This document shows positions 54,351 through 64,000 of a stretch of DNA of 64,000 bases, piece after piece; position 1 is the stretch's first letter; the number at the start of each line of letters is the position of its first letter. The DNA comes from Eledone cirrhosa (Eukaryota): assembly GCA_964016885.1 (NCBI GenBank), contig OZ024742.1, forward strand, positions 182,962,001-183,026,000. The letters are read 5' to 3'. A program made the translations under genes and the position numbers. The notes under the pieces were generated by a model that made no database searches, was not told where the DNA came from, and saw only the letters and a program-made list of their open reading frames with translations.

Positions 54351-54474
54351 ATGATTTCTAATGAATGAAACAGTTCTAGTCCTGTAGAATCTCATCTATA
54401 TTAAAACTTTTATACTCTGCTATGTATTGAGTACCTTACTTACTGTGGTTACCTCCGATTCAACCCGGAATAAC

Positions 54475-54510
<36 letters not shown>

Positions 54511-55196
54511 AGGGTTGACGGACCCAGCATATTTATCAATGCCAGTACCGGTTGTATCTCAGCGCACTCAATGGGCAATGTAAGATACATTACCAGAGTA
54601 TTCACATAGTTATTTGCCTCAACACAACACACGTAAAACGGGTGCCTATAAGGTTCCCGGACTCGAGTTTCTGTAGCAAATTTGACAGAATTAATTGACC
54701 TGCGTGCATATTATTTTATCCTTTTTTGTTTTAGATTGACCTCCCCTTCTCGCTTGGGACGGTGTGAGATTTCTCTTTGTGAGACTGCTGGAATTTCAAA
54801 TTTGGCGGTCACTCTAACACTGACGGGTACCATCACTGAATGTTAATATCGGTAGGGGTTTTTTTATATTGATATTGTGATGATTTATAAGTGCCCACCT
54901 GCATATATTCCTATAGACTATGTGTAGGCTTCTACATAACCTGGACATTATTTTCCCAACTTGTAGAAAACTTATAATGAAACGTTCGTTTGGAAAGAGG
55001 GATGTATTTAATGATGTCTCTTATAAAATAATACAACTGGCTATCCGCAAAATACGTATAGTTAGCACCCCAAACGTATAATTGGGATTATACTCAGGTA
55101 TATCCTAATGTTTGTTGAGTGAGATGGAAGTCGGTCGGAGTTTTGCTTAAAGCTTTCTCTGTTAATGTATTAAATATATATATATATATATATATA

Positions 55197-55232
<36 letters not shown>

Positions 55233-55326
55233 CCATCAGGTGTTTTATATACTAAGTAATACATTATTCTTTTCACAGTACACCTGTAGAATACATTTAC
55301 TTATCCTTTATTTGCACATATATATC

Positions 55327-55403
<77 letters not shown>

Positions 55404-55467
55404 ATGCATATATATACAGGCATGTATTTATGTCTAAATATATATGCATATATATGCATATATATGT

Positions 55468-55512
<45 letters not shown>

Positions 55513-56077
55513 TGTGTGTGTGTGTATGTATAAATATATATATATATATTGTATATATGCATATATGCATGCATGTGTGTGCGCGTGTGTGTGTACATAT
55601 ATATATATATATCCGTATGTACTTTACCATAATACCCTCAGCGGTTACCAGCCCTATTTCCAGAGAGACATGTCTACACAAAAATTGTAAATGATATATA
55701 ATAAATAAAATCGTTAGTTTATATATAATAAATAATATAATATATATACTATGTATAAATAGATATATATTTTATTTTACTATATTTATATATAAGTATC
55801 TGTTGATATATAATTGTTTCTACTTTTGGCACAAGGCCAGCAATTATCCAGTACATTACTGGTACTTTATTTTATCGACCCCGTAAGGATGAAAGACAAA
55901 GTCAACCTCGGCGGGATATAGTATCATATCATCTCTACCACCCAGCCGTCCCCCGTCCATTTAGGCCACAACGTGCCACTGGACATTCTCAGGGCCCTCC
56001 TTGAGACGGCCGAAAGATAAGATTACTTTTATTAAGGCTAAATTGTAAGTCTTCCTACTCGGGAGATTCACCTGCCT

Positions 56078-56150
<73 letters not shown>

Positions 56151-56309
56151 GTAAAGGTTTTTCAGACTAGCGGACTTAGTTACCGACCAAACCATCCTGT
56201 GCTTATATCTAAACACTATTTCCTGAAGTATAGATACATGAGGTCCACAATTTTCTTAATGTCTTAGATTATAATATATCATCTATATATCTATTGTGCA
56301 TATATACGA

Positions 56310-56348
<39 letters not shown>

Positions 56349-56546
56349 ATATGTGTATATATATAAATCGATATGTGTATATATATAAATCGACAGCGTA
56401 AGGCAAAATTAACCTCGGCGGGATTTGAACTCAGACCATAAAGGGACGTAACTCTTTACTGAAAAGCATGGCGTCCGACCCTCTACCAATACTGCCAATC
56501 GATGAATATATATGAATATATATATATATATTTATTTGTATATGTG

Positions 56547-56597
<51 letters not shown>

Positions 56598-56669
56598 GTG
56601 TATATATATATATGTTTGTATATGTGTATAAATATATATATATGAATATATATACATACATATATATGA

Positions 56670-56702
<33 letters not shown>

Positions 56703-56735
56703 TATGGATATATATATATATACACACATATATAT

Positions 56736-56877
<142 letters not shown>

Positions 56878-56899
56878 ATATGTGTATATATATATTCAT

Positions 56900-56930
<31 letters not shown>

Positions 56931-56989
56931 AATATATGAATATATATATATATTCCTATATGTGTGTATATATAAATATATATATATGA

Positions 56990-57023
<34 letters not shown>

Positions 57024-57030
57024 ATATATA

Positions 57031-57116
<86 letters not shown>

Positions 57117-57418
57117 ATCAACATATGTTGATTTAAAACTTCACTATTCACAAGTGTTTTTTAAGCTTCATATCATGTATCCCTATTTTATTTGATGAGA
57201 ACGCAGATATCATCCCATGATGATATTTGTTTTTGAAATGCGCATAATAAAATACTTGGAACTCTTTTAACCATCTTTTGACCTACCAGTAATGTACTGG
57301 TAATTGCTGGCCTTGTGCCTAAAGTAGAAACAATTATTTATACTCCAGTCCTACAAACTGTAGAGTGCTACTTATCCGATATTTGCATTGCTTTATTGTG
57401 CCACAATAAAACTCACAT

Positions 57419-57516
<98 letters not shown>

Positions 57517-57917
57517 AAACCATTTTTTTTTTCGTATATATATTTCTAGGGTACAGTATATTGGTACGCTCTCAACAGATAAAATACCGAAATTGGTTTA
57601 CAGATAGTGAAATATCTACATATGAACTTAATGTTATGAGTTCTATGTAAATATATATATATATGTAAAAGGTAAACAGAACTAACAACACAAACGGTAC
57701 AGTATATAGAAGGGATATATTAGCTTAACACTTGATATAGCAGGCAGAGGGTCTTAACGTTTTAGACGCTAGTCCTTCATCAGAAGAAAGAATCAGAAAT
57801 AAGATAGATTGAGGGGACGAGCGGGTTGGCATTGGAAAAATGACTTTAGATGAAAATAACAGGTCCATTCATGTTGACATCCCTTGCAAAACTGTTGGTG
57901 CTGGCATTGATAATGGT

Positions 57918-57993
<76 letters not shown>

Positions 57994-58104
57994 TATATAT
58001 ATGAATATATATATATGAATATATATATGAATATATATATATAAATATATATATGAATATATATATATATATATATGTGTGTGTATAAATATATATATAT
58101 TAAT

Positions 58105-58191
<87 letters not shown>

Positions 58192-58197
<6 letters not shown>

Positions 58198-58300
58198 TAC
58201 TTGGGGAGGGTCATATTTGTGTAATAGTATTGCCAGAATTAATAACAGAACACACTCACTGTTTGGTTGGTTTTTCGCTTCTGTGTCTTTTATATCGATT
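58192..58300 (-). mobile_element. PLE pLTR terminal fragment in (TA)n
   Basis: Matches 22030-22137. Confidence 0.88.
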
Positions 58301-58392
58301 AATTCATATATATATTTATATATATATATATATATATATGAATATATATATATGAATATATATATATATCTAAATATGAATATATATATATA

Positions 58393-58664
<272 letters not shown>

Positions 58665-58832
58665 AATGAGTAGGACCCCGACGGCTGAGCTCAAGCCGTT
58701 TCGAATTAGCCGTCGGGGTCCTACTCGTTCCTATTACCCACTCTACTACCCTAAGTATTGAGTACTTTGGTGCGTTATGGTCCATCTGGTTCCTTACCAC
58801 ATTTCCTTCGTTATATATATATATATATATAT

Positions 58833-59204
58833 AGGAAAAAGTGTGAAATCCTCGGTACAGTTAGTTGTATTTAAAAAAAAGGAAAAGAATGACTTTACTT
58901 GTAACTCTAAACAATTTAATTTCATATTATAATTTTACAATTTGTAGATCTAGTACGTTCGGTAGAGAGATTTTTTAAATATTCCTGGTTAACATTCCTG
59001 GAGAACTTTCTCGTATTTGTCATCAATTGACAATCGCCACCGACGAATGCAAGAATGATATCCAGGAAAGTTAACCAGGAATCTTTAAAAAATCTCCTCC
59101 ACCGAACTTCACAAAGAAGTTACTTGATCTACAAAACCAAATTGTAAAATTACAATATTATAGAATGAAATTGTTTAGAGCTACAATTGAAGTCATTCTT
59201 TTCC

Positions 59205-59210
<6 letters not shown>
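58833..59210. mobile_element. Older (TA)n-embedded fold-back element
   Basis: Diverged arms ~58877-59015 / 59040-59208. Confidence 0.65.
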
Positions 59211-59242
<32 letters not shown>

Positions 59243-59622
59243 GTTTCTACTTTTGGCACAAGGTCAGCAATTACTCCAGTGTATTACTGGTACTTTATTT
59301 TATCGACCTCGCAAGGATGAAAGGCAAAGTTAACCTCGGCGGGATTTGAGCTCAGAATGGCAAGGGCCGTAACTCTACGTGTCAAAGCATGGCGTCCGAC
59401 CCTCTACCGATACTGCCAGGATTAATAATAAGTATGAATGAGGTATCAAATATTCATTATGGTCATTCTGACGTGTTGCACATTTCACGATTTATCAGCT
59501 CAAAGTTCGATCCCTATCATTCTGTCATTAAACAAACAGAAGTTAGATAAGCTTTTGATTCCAATATATACATATATACATATGTAAATGTTCATATACA
59601 CATACATACATATGCATCTATA

Positions 59623-59835
59623 CGAGGGCGATTTGAAAAATTCCTCGCATTAAGGGTATGACAAAAACCTGGTTGGAGGCCCAACATTCCGTGTTCTTTT
59701 TACAGGGCTTAAAAGAACTGAAGGGCCGTTGCAATAAGTGTATAAATCTGGGAGGGGAATATGTTGAATTAACTGATTTCTCCATTGTTATTACGGTCCT
59801 GTTCGGCATGGCGAATTTGGACGGTGGGTCACGAG
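59623..59835 (+). mobile_element. Internally deleted mariner element
   Basis: TA-CGAGGG terminus; FFLQGLKELKGRCNKCINLGGEYVE is a mariner transposase C-terminus. Confidence 0.8.
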
Positions 59836-60191
59836 TCATGAGTAATGGTTGGCGTTTAGTTTATAGTGTTTGTGATCTTATTTACTTATATACAGTGTAT
59901 TACTTTTTTACCTGTTCCAGTCATCCGTCATAGGCCATTAAATATATGGTCATTTTATAATGAAGTACAAGTCAACGGGTTATAATTCACTTCATTTATT
60001 CATAATGGGTGTTATATAGATTTCGGTAATAACCGATGACAGTTATGATCTTGTCAGAAAGCTAAAAGTTGAACAGAATAATCAGAAAAATATGAAGAAG
60101 TAATAAAAATTACTTCTGTTGTTTCGATTCAATGGTATTGCCCCGGGCTGAGATTTGGCGTTGCTTTCTCAAAGCACTGGTGACATATATG

Positions 60192-60246
<55 letters not shown>

Positions 60247-60350
60247 TATATTCATACACATTAATATATATATGAATATATATACATAAAATTTTAATAT
60301 ATATATATATATATATATACATATATACATATATATATATACATATATAT

Positions 60351-60407
<57 letters not shown>

Positions 60408-60430
60408 TACATATATATATACATATATAC

Positions 60431-60474
<44 letters not shown>

Positions 60475-60553
60475 GGGGGGAGCAAGCGGGAGGGGGGGCA
60501 GATGAATACATACGTATATATATATATGTATACGTATATATACATATGGATGA

Positions 60554-60599
<46 letters not shown>

Positions 60600-60841
60600 T
60601 TATACAAAGCGATACGCAATACGTTGGTAGATTATAGGCAGAAATGACTTCTACAGGACTAGAACTGTTTCATTCGTCAGAATTCAGGCTACTATTTTCT
60701 TACTAATGAAACATTTCTGGAGCACATTTGTATTATGAAATAAAGACGCATATTTACATACACACAGACACATATATTTATATATGTGTGTGTGTGTAAG
60801 TAAATTCACATAAGTAAGTACACATACAAGATATATATATA

Positions 60842-60900
<59 letters not shown>

Positions 60901-61285
60901 ATGTATGTATGTATGGTCCCGTAACTTGTGATAGAGTCGTAGGGGCACAATGTTGATTATCCGGATTTCTTGAGGAGATTTCTTCCAGAGAAGGATAGAA
61001 AATGGAACAGAGGAAATGAGAAAGATATATCGTCACTAGTAATAGACTGGTACTTTTTTATCGACCTCGAAGCGATGAAGGGCAAAGGTCAACTCGATGA
61101 GGTTTGAACTCAGAGAGCCGGAACAAATACCATAAAAATTCTATACGACATTCTAAATACACACACGCGGGCACACACACACACACATACACACAGACGC
61201 ACGCACACACACACACACAGACATATATATATACAGAGATATATATATAAATAGATATACATATATATATAAATACATCTATCTA

Positions 61286-61367
<82 letters not shown>

Positions 61368-61368
61368 C

Positions 61369-61725
61369 AATTCAATGGTATTAAATAAATGGAAACTATA
61401 TTTATAAAACCATATTTATTCTATTATATATATTTCAAGGGTACCAAAAAAGATACCTTAACAGTTCAAGTTTTTATTGAAAAACTTGAACCGTTAATGT
61501 ATCATTTCTTGGTTATGTCAAAATTTATAAAACAAACTTTGTATTTTATCTGATGAAAGCGTACCAAAGTTTTGGTACCCTTGAAATATAATAAATATGG
61601 TTTTATAAATATAGTTTCCATTTATTTAATATCATTGAATATTATACTCCAGACAACCTGTGCTCTGAATCAGTTAGAAACATTTATATTTGTTGAATTA
61701 CCAACAAATTGAATATCTTTTTGCC
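61369..61725 (+). mobile_element. Fold-back HHR element, same family as 50069-50357; HHR at 61545-61595
   Basis: tttat-CTGATGA-aagcGTACCAA..TTGGTACcctt-GAAA-ta-TA-ataaa; 61369-61449 is an inverted copy of ~61572-61640. Confidence 0.82.
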
Positions 61726-61814
61726 TATATATATATATAAATATATGCATATATATATATGCATATATATATAAATAAACATACATAAATATATGCATAT
61801 GTATAAATAAACAC

Positions 61815-61868
<54 letters not shown>

Positions 61869-62091
61869 TTAAGGATACTATTTATGGTTATGTATATGTA
61901 TATACTGAAACTTTTTATAGTTATATATATTTTAAACCCTAAACAGTGAAAGACAGTAATTTATTACTACTTTATTACCAGTAAGATAAATAGCTCAATG
62001 TATTAACATCAGTTGTTCTACAGAGCAGTTATATAGAATTATATATATATATGTCTATTTATATATATATAAGCATATATATATATACACA

Positions 62092-62193
<102 letters not shown>

Positions 62194-62780
62194 TATATAT
62201 ATATATTTATATATATATATATATATAACGAAGGAAATGTGGTAAGGAACCAGGTGGACCATAACGCACCAAAGTACTCAATACTTAGGGTAGTAGAGTG
62301 GGTAATAGGAACCAGTAAGACCCCGACGGCTGAGCTCAAGCCGTTTCGACGGCTAATTCTGTGAATTAGCCGTCGAAACCGCTTGAGCTCAGCCGTCGGA
62401 GTCTTACTGGTTCCTATATATATATATACATATATATATACATAAAAACGCATATATGCACATATATTTATATATATATATATTGAAGTTGTTGGTTCAC
62501 CACGGGATAGAACGTTTCATTGTGTGTAGTTAACCATGATATAATAGAAGAAATGCACTCGACGTTACGCAAATCAATCTCATTTGATGTAAGATTCTGT
62601 TGGTGGTACGTGGACGGGGTTAAACATTATTGAATAAAGCGAGCCTGGAAAGTTAAAATACCTTTAAAATTTTTATTTTTATATATATATATATATATGA
62701 ATGTATGGATGTAATTATATTTATATATATATATATATATGTATTTATACATATATACATATATATATATGTGTGTGTTT

Positions 62781-62811
<31 letters not shown>

Positions 62812-62846
62812 TATGCATATGTATATATATATATAAATATATAGAC

Positions 62847-62992
<146 letters not shown>

Positions 62993-63150
62993 AATATATA
63001 TATAAATATAGTAATAATAATAAAATTGAAGACTAAAATCCAAAGAGGGCTCGATAAGGAAAATATATATCAAATATATAAGAACCGTAGAGCAAATATT
63101 TATTAAAATAACAGATTAAAGTTTAAGCAAAGAATCGGTGCATTCACCCT

Positions 63151-63253
<103 letters not shown>

Positions 63254-63548
63254 AGTGTAACTTGGAGTTATATATATATATAGGGGATAACAAGTTATCG
63301 TTTTAGGTAATCAGTTAGAGGTTGTGAGTACTCTGTACTATGGATAGTTTTAACGTACGGAGTTGTTTGACTCAACAAGAGGTTTCCTTAGTTAGGTAGC
63401 GAGTTTCGAGAATTCCCATGCAGGTCATTCTTGGAGTAATAGTAGTGAAAGAGTGAAGAATAACATGGGCGGCTGTACAAAAAGGGTTTTATTTACAGTA
63501 TTAATAATTGTTTCAGTGATCAGGTGAGTTTAAAGGCCGGTTACTCCA

Positions 63549-63620
<72 letters not shown>

Positions 63621-63667
63621 TGGAGTAACTGGACTTAATATATATATATATATATATACATATATAT

Positions 63668-63727
<60 letters not shown>

Positions 63728-64000
63728 AGGGAGGTCCGACGTACTTTTGATTCCAGAGTCGGGCCAGATCGAAACTTGAGCTGATCAATAGTGAAACCCG
63801 CGTTACAAATCAATAAACGTAATGAATGTCCTTCTATTATTATTATTAGTGCAGGGTGGTTCAGGATTGGTGGGGTACCCGAGTCACCCCAGAGTCGTCC
63901 AGCACCTATCAGGGAATTTATTTTGTTATATTTATGCATAGTTTATTTTATACTTTTATATCTTCATTGTTAAATTAGTCTTGCCATTGTGCACTTTTAC

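Noticed and set aside
60955-60992. Minus-strand CTGGAAGA...GAAA-tccgga-TA hammerhead-like motif
   Set aside because: Extra base in the core, and no credible stem I or stem II

Overview
AT-rich, repeat-dense animal DNA, most likely an octopus (inferred from the extreme (TA)n/(CA)n/(TAGA)n load and the SINE families). No host protein-coding gene could be recognised, and almost all listed ORFs are microsatellite artefacts. Recognisable content: Penelope-like retroelements (PLEs; RT with YVDD plus GIY-YIG) and their pseudo-LTRs, two stacked RTE LINE copies, CR1/RTE fragments, Tc1/mariner, hAT, Helitron and piggyBac-like remnants, many tRNA-type SINEs and a tRNA-Ala(AGC) pseudogene. The most notable signal is a set of several unrelated short (150-450 bp) non-coding elements sitting in (TA)n tracts. 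They carry type I hammerhead ribozyme (HHR) motifs and often fold back into long palindromes that turn around at or near a ribozyme helix. A second signal is at 8.5-15.6 kb: two non-repetitive-looking ~150-nt segments 3.2 kb apart that are complementary to each other, a pre-miRNA-like hairpin and a possible minus-strand TATA promoter/first exon. All structures and alignments were read by eye; no searches were run.
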